A DNA stretch of 63,997 bases, filler included, from Basidiobolus ranarum (lineage: Eukaryota), in assembly GCA_040143965.1 (NCBI GenBank). It is 11 parts of 11 records of this genome, joined end to end, with 100 filler letters (N's around TTAATTAATTAA, not from the genome) between each part and the next. Parts side by side here need not be neighbours in the genome. Positions count along the whole stretch, not along the records: positions 52,974 to 58,744 come from JASJQH010008379.1; positions 58,845 to 63,997 come from JASJQH010008568.1; 9 more parts are not named here. One strand, 5' to 3'. Both the position numbers and the translations under genes were made by a program. The notes beneath the pieces were generated by a model. It saw only the letters and a list, made by a program, of their open reading frames with translations, was not told the origin of the DNA and did no database searches. Each line of letters begins with the position of its first letter. Within the stretch, counting starts at the first letter, position 1. Shown here one piece after another: positions 53,816 to 63,997 of this stretch.

Positions 53816-54972
53816 GAGCCCTCTTTATTGACAGTAGAGCCAGAATCCTCCATCCTGAATTCACTTCCTGCTTATACCTAGTGCCCAATGGTGTGGTGCA
53901 AGGTTCAGTGCTAGGTCCTCTACTTTTTGTGATATTTCTCAATGATTTGCTTCCGCTATATCCTGGATCCCTGCTTACTTTATTTGCTGATGATATCAGA
54001 GTCTCTACTTCTCAGCCCCAGCTGGATACTGCCACCATTCAGAGATACCTTTCAGGAAATAACTTGGAGCTTTTTATTGCCAAAACAATTCCAATTGTTT
54101 GAACCACTACCTTGTATGATACCCAGCTTCCTCAAATGAACCATGCAACTTATCTAGGCTTTTCATTTACTCAAACTGGCATTGATATAGAGAAATACTT
54201 GTCAGTTAGAATTACCTTGGCTAAACAGGCTGCTCGCAAGTTACTTGCTGTTACACCACCCAATACATCTGATCATTGCTGTCAAAGACTTCTCAAGCAG
54301 TTTGTGATACCAGTTCTAGAATATGGAGTACATCTGCTCCCACTCAACTAAGGAGACTACTCTAAGCTTGATAGATTCATCAGCTACTGCCTCAGGCTGC
54401 TGATGCCTGACTTGCCTGAGACTCCATATGATCATGATCTGAATGGAACTTTTGGATTCTTCCCATATCTTATTTGAATAGTCTTACTCAGGGCAAGATT
54501 TCTACTCCAACTAAATGACTGCTAAAATCCACTGATTAAGAAGTGGCTAGCCACATCTTCTTCAAATGCATTATCATGCTGGAAATTGATACAAGATGAT
54601 CCTTTGGTTTCTGAGTTAGCTTTGCAGCTGCATGAAACAAAAAAGCCTAAAATTGTTGCTATAGACTACCAGCTAGACCTTTGGAAGCAATACCTTGCCT
54701 CTAAGACACCTTTCTTAATTCCCATTATTCCAGGTTTTTGTCCTATTGTCCATCTAGTTTATGCTGAGTACCTTCATTTCTGCTTACCACCTTTGCCCCT
54801 TAACACTATATTTACATCCTCTGAACTTGATTATATTGGTCATCAAGTTAAGTATGGATATGATCCAATACTGTCACAACATCTTAAAAGATTGATGTCT
54901 TGATTGTCACTTTGTTTAGATTAGTATATAAGCTAAATAAAGTCCACACCATCGGGTTCTTTTCATCCCCCC
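53816..54972 (+). mobile_element. Non-LTR retrotransposon (LINE) RT C-terminal half, frameshifted
   Basis: GVVQGSVLGPLLFVIFLNDL...LFADDI, TYLGFSF and QFVIPVLEYG. Confidence 0.92.
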
Positions 54973-55559
54973 TTATTTAGTCTATTACTGGTGCTTCAAT
55001 GAAGCAAAACCATTGGGAATCTACTGTCGAGTTGTTGTTACACATTCGATATTTAGTATAATGTAAATCTGGAACATTAATATGTGATCTTAGAGATGCG
55101 ATTATATGGATTAATTCAAGATCAAGTTGGAGTATATCCACCAATCTATATAGATACCACATACTGAACTCTGCATGCAGTACTGTAAACAACGGAGCAT
55201 GATTGGTTTGGTTGAATTGACTAGCGTCAGGGAATAACAGTCACAGCCCAGGGCTACCACTTAATTTGATATATCTTTCAGTAATCTACATTAAAATTGG
55301 GTATTTCGTGTTAGCAGGTTTTATTCTGAACGAAGTTCCTCTATATCAAGATTACACATCCCTATACAGTAAGGAGGTATTGTACTTAACTCAATAACAA
55401 GCAGCAATCTTCTCTAATAGCTTATTTATTTAAGATACGAGATTTTAAAGAAGCCACTGGTTGAAAAATTAAATCTCAGACTAGTATGTTTCTTGATTAT
55501 TACAAAAAACGACTACTCGTCGCTAGTAGTATTTAAACTCAGTGGGAAAACAATGAAAT

Positions 55560-56880
55560 AGTATGAGAATTGTTAGATAATGGCTTAAAGGAAGTTTGAA
55601 GCTCAAGGAGCTGCAGAGACTGAATTCTGTTGCTTATAATACGAATGAAGATACTCTCCCTCGCATCTTCTCCATACTCCGCTTGAGGGAATCAGTAACA
55701 GGAAATATCCTATTCTAATTGTCATGTGATATTGATTTGTTGATTTCAGAATTGAAGATATCGAGGCTTGTCGGGAGACTGAAATTGCCTCATGTTGAAA
55801 TGAGTACAGGGAATTGCAACATGGTGCCGATATTAGAAGAAGTCGACTATTCATTGTTGACTACATTCAAACTCAACAGGCCAACTAATGAAGCAATATT
55901 GGAAGCATTGAGTGATGGTTTAGAGAAGGGGACCAATATAGAAAATCCGACACTATTGAATACGGTAAATACTTACGCAAGCTCAAATACTCTTCGTCAT
56001 ATAATCCCTAGACTGTCTCTTAAGAGTCATTATATGCGAAACTACAGAGGAACGCCGGATGTAGAGCGGGCCACCATTCTGTATTCTATGGATATAGCTC
56101 AACATTTCTTACTCAAAATTAGGAGATAGGGCGGTTGATAATCTGATTGAGTGCCTAGAGGAAGCTAAAGAGCTAACACAGTTGATACTTTATAGAACTC
56201 AGATAAGCATGACATCCTCTAACGACCTCAAGGAAGCACTAGAGAACACTTCTTTAAATAGTACTTACCAAGATACTTTTGATTACAAGATTCATCCGGA
56301 TAGCAATTAACTACTCCGGTAACTATTAGTGCTGGATGCTTATAGCATCAATGGTTATTTTTACACAACTCAAGATTCAATCGTCGAGCATTAGGATATG
56401 ACAATAATTACGTCAATTTCAGATTCCTAATGCTAATAAAGATACTATGATAGCTTGACGAAAACCAATAGACATTATGGTAACTAATTGAGATTACGAA
56501 CACTGATTCAAGAAATTAGAAGGGATAAACGCTGCTTAATATCAATAGATGATTAAAGATTGTGACCAGTTAAAAGTACTAAGAATTTGCCAGGATTGAA
56601 CAGGCGGGCACTCAGACAAGTCTTGGGGATGAGGAATTTGTCTCGTGGCAAGATATTTAGCATTCTTCCACTCAAAACTACTTTTTTAGTAAATCAAATA
56701 GCCTTTACTTCCTGATCTGAATGGACTGAAAACTTGGAGTTCTAAGGGCCACCCTATAGATCCGGAATTTTCAGGGAATGCTTGCAAAGATCCTATATCT
56801 ATGTCGTACACAAACAAGCTGACCATCAACTGAGTACGTTTTAAACCATTTGAGATTGGGCTTTTCATAATTATCTAAGC
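55560..56880 (+). pseudogene. Frameshifted leucine-rich-repeat-like gene remnant
   Basis: 136-aa ORF plus broken frames such as LIECLEEAKELTQLILYRTQI, with Leu periodicity. Lies directly upstream of the 56949 gene. Confidence 0.35.
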
Positions 56881-56948
56881 ATTCCTAAAGAATAAATAGC
56901 CACCCAGTTACCTTCATTTACTTATTCGCTCTTTAGATCACCAGAACA

Positions 56949-58744
56949 ATGCTTAGGAAATCTTTACCTATCTACCAAGAAAGCAACTACCAGGAATGTC
57001 AGTACAATGCCATAATCTTTCGGATACCAACTACAGTTATTGAAGGCAGAATATGTGTACTGCTGAGCGAGGTTAGCTATTTTATTCCGGGTGCCTTTTG
57101 CTTAGAGTATAATGGGTGTCCTATTCAATTTGTACTTACGCCAAATTATGAACAGTAAGTAGTATCATTTGCAAAGGGTTTTAGCATTGTAAGGCATAGG
57201 CGCCTTGACGAATCAAATCGTCAAGTTATTAAATTCTTGTCTTGTCATCTTCTAGCTCACATCCCAGAAGAATAGAGTATCAACCAGGCTGTGTACTTGT
57301 AGTCACCACAAAATTCAAAACTGTGATTTTAGAATCAAGCTCCAGCGAAACTACACCTAATCAGCCATACATTGTCCAGGCTCAAGATAATGCATACGAA
57401 GATGTGATAAGGAGCCAGAGAGACTCGAGAGTGAATGAAAGCCTCGTGTCCGATACTGGTGTTCTCCCTGTAAGTAACAACGTTGCTGGGTATTTTCCTG
57501 TTAGCCGACAGATGTCTCTCACGATTAAAGATAAGGAAGAAATTCTGGCCAAATTTCAAGAAGTGATTGAACAAAATAACAAAACACACGACGAGATTAA
57601 AAAGACCCATCAGCGTCTGGCTCTTCTTGATAGAAAAATGGGTGCGTTATTAACACAAAATTATGAATTACACGAGTTCCCTATCCCAAGAATGTTTATC
57701 ATCCATCCGGTCGACCGTCATCCAGCCAATCCAGCTTCCATGTTCACTACCAAGTATCGTCTCTATTTCCTGTGTGAATGTGGAGAGCACACTGAATCTC
57801 AATCGAACAATACCAATAATAAGCATGTGATTCATGTTGCACTTCATGACGGATATGATATCACAAAGCCAACCGAGTTTTATGCAAAGTATGGTCACTA
57901 TATCCTCTTTCTACTTAGAGCACTTCGATTTGGTCTACAAGTGGCTGGTGTTTCAATCCCACCAATTGCACAGAATCGGGAATGCAACAGAGTCATAGGA
58001 AACGTTACAGCGAAGACTTTGGATGCGTGCATTACCTTTCTAGACGCCAAGTTGTCTGACACCATTTCCTCAAGAAGCAGCGAAACCACGCATGGCCAGT
58101 TAGAGGTATCCGGTGAAGAGAACTTTCAGCAGCTAGTGGCCTTAGAAGGAGCAGATCTGCGACAACTGAGGATGTTTATTAGTGACAGTGACAGGTACAA
58201 AGTACTTGGCAATCTGTATAGGGTTATCACGAAGACGGGGCATGTCAAGTGGGTTTGTCTGAGTCATTATCGTAACAAATATTGGGAAACAGCCGGGACG
58301 CAGTTGAGGAATATTATCCGTGTCCAAGGCGGTGATTACGACGAACATTATGGGAAAGTGGTGCTTACGTTGACATCGATCATATTGGTCGAAGAGTTTT
58401 CCGAGGCGATTGTTCACAGCAAGCAGCTACAAGAGCTGGATGTTACATTTCAATACAAGTGGCAATCCTATGACCTTAGAGTTCTTGACAGTGCTATTCG
58501 CATGACAACTATCCGGTCCCTGACAGTAGATGTTTCTTGTAGGGAATTGAGCGGGTTCAATAACAGAGCAAATGCCCTCAGAAACATGATGAGTAACAAG
58601 CAATTACAAGCCATTCATTTGAAAGCCGATGATTGGTTTGTTGAGACAGGTTTATTGTCCATCAGGGACCTGTCTCATGTCAAGATCTTGACCTTCGGAA
58701 ACTACCAAATCCCAAATTATCCAACACCTCAGTACCCCAATGAA
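56949..58744 (+). CDS. Uncharacterised protein: small N-terminal domain, coiled coil, Cys/His domain (ELHEFPIPR / YFLCECGEH / KWVCLSH), then LRR-like region; 3' truncated
   Basis: Exon 56949-57154 and intron 57155-57255 (GTAAGT...TAG) join in frame to the long ORF, which stays open to the gap. LRR-like LQELDV, IRSLTV and LQAIHL. Confidence 0.8.
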
Positions 58745-60078
58745 NNNNNNNNNNNNNNNNNNNNNNNNNNNNNNNNNNNNNNNNNNNNTTAATTAATTAA
58801 NNNNNNNNNNNNNNNNNNNNNNNNNNNNNNNNNNNNNNNNNNNNCTTGTTTAAGAAAGTAGACAAACATTTTAAAGAGCAACATGGATATAGAGATAGAC
58901 AGAGGCTGGAGCACCAATATACAACCACATTCCACTTGTCTAATAATCATACCGAGTGTTGGATATCCTCACAATATCTAATCCTCATGCCATCAAAGCT
59001 CGGCTTTCGGATATCGACGGTCGGCTATGGGGGAATCATGGAGTTAAATCATTCATTGCCCAATTTAGAAAAGGTAGAACAACTATTCCAATAAGGTGAT
59101 TCAGTCAGAATTATGGATTTGGCTAGTGCAAGTCCTTATTTATTATAGAATTTGGCTAGTGTATGGCTATTAGTATATATATACAATTAGGCTAGTTCAT
59201 TTCCTTAGTTCGATTAGATTAAGTGGCTTTGATGGTAAATCCAAATATATGCAATATGTCTCGTTATGCATGTATGCTCATGGAGTTTTCGTATACATCT
59301 AAGTCATTGAAACCATATAAATACTGAATGTACCAGATGTTCCTTCTTCCCCCACATTTTTTGTTAAAGCTAGGTCTAACGGCGATATGGCCAATAAGAA
59401 TGCAATAGAGGCCTACAAGTTTGGATAAAGATAGCACATGGATGATACTCCTTCTGTATGTAGATAACACCTACAACTCTAATCGATAATTCGCATTTTT
59501 ACATCGATCGAAATAGTTCATCCTTTCAACGATCTCCTTTTTGATACCCATGTGAGGGTGAGGGGGTTTTTTCAACTAAATAATACATTTCTCTAATTCA
59601 TCACCGTCATATCAGAAAAACTATTGGTTTCATGCATTCTTCTGAATCAATTCCAATCCTATGTTTCTATATTATATAATTTACCATAGTAACCTTGCAC
59701 TTTCTCTCTCTCTCTTTCGTACAAATTTCACTTTCTCTTTTATATAGTAGCATTTGTGAATTGCCGAAATACATCCTCTCAAACATATCATTGTTTAGAG
59801 TACAAGCACAAAGAATAGCCATTCTCTTTTATATAATGTTAATTGTCCAAATTTGGCTAGCCTGAGGAATATACATATTTGCAGACAAAGACATCTTTAA
59901 ATTTATCGTAGTTACTGTACGTATAAGATTATTTGATATAGTCGTCTTCTCTGAGAATAGTGAATTTACGGTTTCAACATTTTTTTAGGGGGATTAATAT
60001 TTTGTTCGAAGCCAACTAAGACTTCCTTATTAATTGAGCTAAACGTTAAACCACTCTCATAATAATACTTGGATAAAA

Positions 60079-63000
60079 ATGACAGAGGTATTACGCCATA
60101 AAACAGACGAGTTAAATCGCGAGAGTACATCCACCTCATCGGAGAACTTTCTTTATCATATACAAGCGCTGCTGGGTCTAGCTGAAGAAGAAAAATTTGA
60201 TGATTTACTTAAGATGAATTATCAATCTAGTGGAAACGAGATAGAAACCAAAATCGAATCTTCGATAAGAAATCTTTTGGAAAAACAAACACGTTTGCAA
60301 GAAGAATTACGGCAATGTCAAACAGCGCTACAAGAGTCTTTAATAATTTCACATACAAGTGGTTCATTGAATACACATGGATTTCTTGCTGTATCTTCCG
60401 AAGATTTACTGCTTAATGAGAGAACACTTGAAGATGCATCCCAAGTAGCTTTCGTACCCCAATCTATTGGCGTAGCTAATATGATGTCCAACTCTAAGAG
60501 TGAGAATAGCGCATATACATCCGACGATATCTCTGAGAGCAGTTGCTTGAACTGCTTGAGACAATGCACTGATATAGCAAACGCGATTAAAGATGGCGAT
60601 TTATCTAGAAGAGTGACTTGCTCTCACGAGACTGGTGCCACATTGGCGTTAAATCAAGCCATGAACGATATGGCAGACAGGTTAGAATCGCTTGCATCCA
60701 AAGTATTTCATTTTGGCCATGAAATGGTAGAACTTGGGAAATACTGTAGTCAAGGGGAAGTAGAACACTGGGAAGGAACATGGAAAGAAATTGTTATTAA
60801 TCTCAACAAGGTGGCAAGTGAACACAGTGAACAAGTGAGTGATATCGCGGAAGTCTGTACTGCGGTCGCCCGTGGAGATTTGACGAAAAAAATCACGGTA
60901 GATATTAAGGGTGAAACATTTGTATTGAAAAACACCATCAATACGATGGTAGATCAATTGAACTCGTTTGCTTCCGAAGTTACCCGGGTCGCTCATGCAG
61001 TTGGAACAGAGGGAAAGTTAGGCGTTCAAGCAGAAGTTCCTGATGTTGACGGTACCTGGAAACTACTGACTGATAACGTAAACCTGATGGCGTCAAATCT
61101 TACTGGACAAGTAAGAGATATAATTCATGTCAGTAAAGCTGTGGCGCGCGGTGATTTATCCAAAAAAGTAACAGTAGACGTGAAAGGGGAGATACAAGAA
61201 TTAAAGGTGACCATCAATACAATGGTGGATCAGCTACAGACTTTTGCGACTGAGGTTACCAGAGTTTCTCTAGAAGTAGGAACAGAAGGGAAGCTCGGTG
61301 GTCAAGCTATTGTCAAAGATGCTGGTGGCACATGGAAAGATTTAACGGAAAATGTTAATCTTATGGCTTCTAATCTTACAAATCAAGTGCGCGATATCGC
61401 CAGTGTAAGTAAAGCTGTAGCTAGAGGCGATCTTTCCAAAAAAGTAACTGTCAATGTGAAAGGAGAAATTCAAGAATTGAAAATAACTATCAATACTATG
61501 GTAGATAATCTTCAAACATTCGCATCAGAGGTTACCCGAGTGGCTCGTGAAGTAGGAACAGAAGGGAAACTTGGAGGTCAAGCAGTGGTCAAAGATGTTG
61601 GCGGTACTTGGAAAGATCTGACAGAAAATGTTAACTTCATGGCCTCTAATTTGACAGGCCAGGTACGTGATATTGCTAATGTCAGTAAAGCAGTTGCCAG
61701 AGGTGACCTCTCCAAAAAAGTAACCGTCAACGTCAAAGGAGAAATCCTTGAACTGAAGAATACCATTAATACGATGGTGGATCAGCTTCAAACCTTTGCA
61801 TCGGAGGTTGTACGTGTAGCACGCGAAGTTGGCACAGAAGGTAAACTTGGAGGTCAAGCTGTGGTTAAAGATGTTGGCGGTACCTGGAAAGATTTAACGG
61901 ACAACGTTAATCTCATGGCTTCTAACTTGACTGGCCAAGTACGAGATATCGCCAATGTCAGCAAAGCAGTTGCACGAGGTGATCTCTCCAAGAAAGTGAC
62001 CGTCAATGTCAAAGGAGAGATTCTTGAACTGAAGAATACAATTAATACAATGGTGGACCAACTTCAAACTTTTGCATCCGAAGTCACTCGTGTTGCTCGT
62101 GAAGTAGGTACAGAAGGTAAACTCGGAGGTCAAGCTGTAGTCAAAGATGTAGGTGGCACATGGCAAGACCTTACCGATAATGTGAATATGATGGCATCTA
62201 ATCTTACAAATCAAGTAAGAGATATCGCTAGCGTTAGTAAAGCAGTAGCTCGAGGTGATCTCTCGAAGAAAGTTACAGTCAATGTCAAAGGTGAAATTCA
62301 TGAATTGAAAGCAACTATCAATACTATGGTTGATAACTTGCAAACTTTTGCATCTGAAGTCACTCGAGTTGCTCGCGAAGTTGGCATTGAAGGCAAACTT
62401 GGCGGTCAAGCTGTGGTTGAAGATGTTGGGGGTACATGGAAAGATTTGACAAACAACGTCAATATGATGGCTTCAAACCTCACTAATCAAGTGCGCGACA
62501 TTGCCAGTGTTAGTAAAGCGGTTGCTCGAGGAGACTTATCTAAGAAAGTTACAGTTGATGTTAAAGGAGAGATAAACGAACTCAAAGAGACAATTAACAC
62601 AATGGTTGATGACTTACAAACTTTCGCTGCTGAAGTCACCAGAGTGGCTCGTGAAGTTGGTAAAGAAGGTAAACTTGGTGGTCAAGCGGTGGTGGAAGAT
62701 GTTGGCGGTACCTGGAAAGACTTAACAGATAATGTCAACATGATGGCCTCTAATATTACAAACCAGGTCCGTGATATTGCCAACGTTAGTAAAGCGGTAG
62801 CTCGAGGAGATCTCTCTAAAAAGGTCACCGTAAATGTCAAGGGTGAAATTCAGGAACTCAAAGTAACAATCAACACAATGGTTGATGATCTTCAAACTTT
62901 CGCATCGGAAGTTACGCGCGTAGCTCGTGAAGTAGGCACTGAAGGAAAACTCGGAGGTCAAGCTGTGGTCAAAGATGTTGGCGGTACTTGGAAAGATCTG

Positions 63001-63997
63001 ACAGAAAACGTAAATCTTATGGCTTCTAATTTAACCGCACAGGTTCGTGATATTGCCAGTGTGAGCAAAGCCGTTGCAAGAGGTGATCTTTCCAAGAAAG
63101 TAACTGTTGATGTTAAAGGAGAAATACAAGAACTCAAATTCACAATTAATACCATGGTTGGTAATCTACAAACATTTGCATCAGAAGTTACTCGTGTAGC
63201 ACGTGAAGTCGGTACAGAAGGTAAACTTGGAGGTCAAGCTATTGTAAAAGATGTCGGTGGTACCTGGAAAGACCTAACGGATAATGTTAATCTGATGGCT
63301 TTCAATCTCACTGGCCAAGTACGTGATATCGCTAATGTCAGCAAAGCAGTCGCCCGAGGTGATCTCTCCAAGAAAGTAACCGTCAACGTCAAAGGAGAGA
63401 TTCTTGAACTGAAGAATACAATTAATACAATGGTGGACCAACTTCAAACTTTTGCATCAGAAGTCACTCGCGTTGCCCGTGAAGTAGGTACAGAAGGTAA
63501 ACTTGGAGGTCAAGCTGTAGTCAAAGATGTTGGCGGTACCTGGAAAGATTTAACGGACAACGTCAATCTTATGGCTTTCAATCTTACAGGCCAGGTACGA
63601 GATATCGCCAATGTCAGCAAAGCAGTTGCACGAGGTGATCTCTCCAAGAAAGTGACCGTCAATGTCAAGGGAGAGATTCTAGAACTGAAGAATACCATAA
63701 ATACGATGGTGGTCCAGCTCCAAACTTTTGCATCCGAAGTTACACGTGTCGCTCGCGAAGTAGGCACCGAAGGCAAACTCGGTGGTCAAGCTGTAGTCAA
63801 GGATGTTGGCGGTACCTGGAAAGATTTGACGGATAATGTCAACTTGATGGCCTTCAATCTCACTGGTCAAGTACGTGATATCGCCAATGTTAGTAAAGCA
63901 GTTGCCCGAGGTGATCTCTCCAAGAAAGTGACCGTCAATGTCAAGGGAGAGATTCTAGAACTGAAGAATACCATAAATACGATGGTGGTCCAGCTCC
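60079..63997 (+). CDS. Group III (Nik1/Os-1/Drk1-like) hybrid histidine kinase, poly-HAMP N-terminal region; runs off the window
   Basis: Open frame from ATG at 60079, missing from the ORF track because there is no stop. The 92-aa unit [81 protein letters not shown] has TW motifs exactly every 276 bp from 60778 to 63814. The kinase domain itself is outside the window. Confidence 0.92.
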   Translation, partial: MTEVLRHKTDELNRESTSTSSENFLYHIQALLGLAEEEKFDDLLKMNYQSSGNEIETKIESSIRNLLEKQTRLQEELRQCQTALQESLIISHTSGSLNTHGFLAVSSEDLLLNERTLEDASQVAFVPQSIGVANMMSNSKSENSAYTSDDISESSCLNCLRQCTDIANAIKDGDLSRRVTCSHETGATLALNQAMNDMADRLESLASKVFHFGHEMVELGKYCSQGEVEHWEGTWKEIVINLNKVASEHSEQVSDIAEVCTAVARGDLTKKITVDIKGETFVLKNTINTMVDQLNSFASEVTRVAHAVGTEGKLGVQAEVPDVDGTWKLLTDNVNLMASNLTGQVRDIIHVSKAVARGDLSKKVTVDVKGEIQELKVTINTMVDQLQTFATEVTRVSLEVGTEGKLGGQAIVKDAGGTWKDLTENVNLMASNLTNQVRDIASVSKAVARGDLSKKVTVNVKGEIQELKITINTMVDNLQTFASEVTRVAREVGTEGKLGGQAVVKDVGGTWKDLTENVNFMASNLTGQVRDIANVSKAVARGDLSKKVTVNVKGEILELKNTINTMVDQLQTFASEVVRVAREVGTEGKLGGQAVVKDVGGTWKDLTDNVNLMASNLTGQVRDIANVSKAVARGDLSKKVTVNVKGEILELKNTINTMVDQLQTFASEVTRVAREVGTEGKLGGQAVVKDVGGTWQDLTDNVNMMASNLTNQVRDIASVSKAVARGDLSKKVTVNVKGEIHELKATINTMVDNLQTFASEVTRVAREVGIEGKLGGQAVVEDVGGTWKDLTNNVNMMASNLTNQVRDIASVSKAVARGDLSKKVTVDVKGEINELKETINTMVDDLQTFAAEVTRVAREVGKEGKLGGQAVVEDVGGTWKDLTDNVNMMASNITNQVRDIANVSKAVARGDLSKKVTVNVKGEIQELKVTINTMVDDLQTFASEVTRVAREVGTEGKLGGQAVVKDVGGTWKDLTENVNLMASNLTAQVRDIASVSKAVARGDLSKKVTVDVKGEIQELKFTINTMVGNLQTFASEVTRVAREVGTEGKLGGQAIVKDVGGTWKDLTDNVNLMAFNLTGQVRDIANVSKAVARGDLSKKVTVNVKGEILELKNTINTMVDQLQTFASEVTRVAREVGTEGKLGGQAVVKDVGGTWKDLTDNVNLMAFNLTGQVRDIANVSKAVARGDLSKKVTVNVKGEILELKNTINTMVVQLQTFASEVTRVAREVGTEGKLGGQAVVKDVGGTWKDLTDNVNLMAFNLTGQVRDIANVSKAVARGDLSKKVTVNVKGEILELKNTINTMVVQL

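Overview
Eukaryotic DNA, most likely from an early-diverging fungus (inferred from short GT-AG introns with CTAAC/CTAAT branch points and from the fungal-type PGI, PHB2, cyclin and group III histidine kinase). The window is not one locus. It is 11 contigs of about 5.8 kb, sorted by decreasing length and joined by 100-bp N spacers containing TTAATTAATTAA, so no synteny holds across gaps. Genes: Pho85-type cyclin, F-BAR/RhoGAP, intronless glucose-6-phosphate isomerase, 3' end of a hybrid histidine kinase, DHA2-type MFS transporter, prohibitin 2, a coiled-coil/Roco-C-terminal-like/LRR protein, and a group III histidine kinase with at least 12 tandem 92-aa HAMP units. Much of the rest is CpG-depleted, nested transposon debris (Ty1/copia, chromodomain Ty3/gypsy, CACTA/EnSpm, LINE). 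The main finding is absent from the ORF track: the intron-containing 3' end of a Fanzor (eukaryotic TnpB/OMEGA RNA-guided nuclease) gene at 46554-47001 (-), overlapped by a candidate omega-RNA with hairpins and a pseudoknot. Also notable are a possible second, decayed Fanzor at 1-1150 (-) and a copia-type LTR that carries a full-length tRNA-like cassette (7574-7908). All family calls come from manual translation and motif recall; no searches were run.
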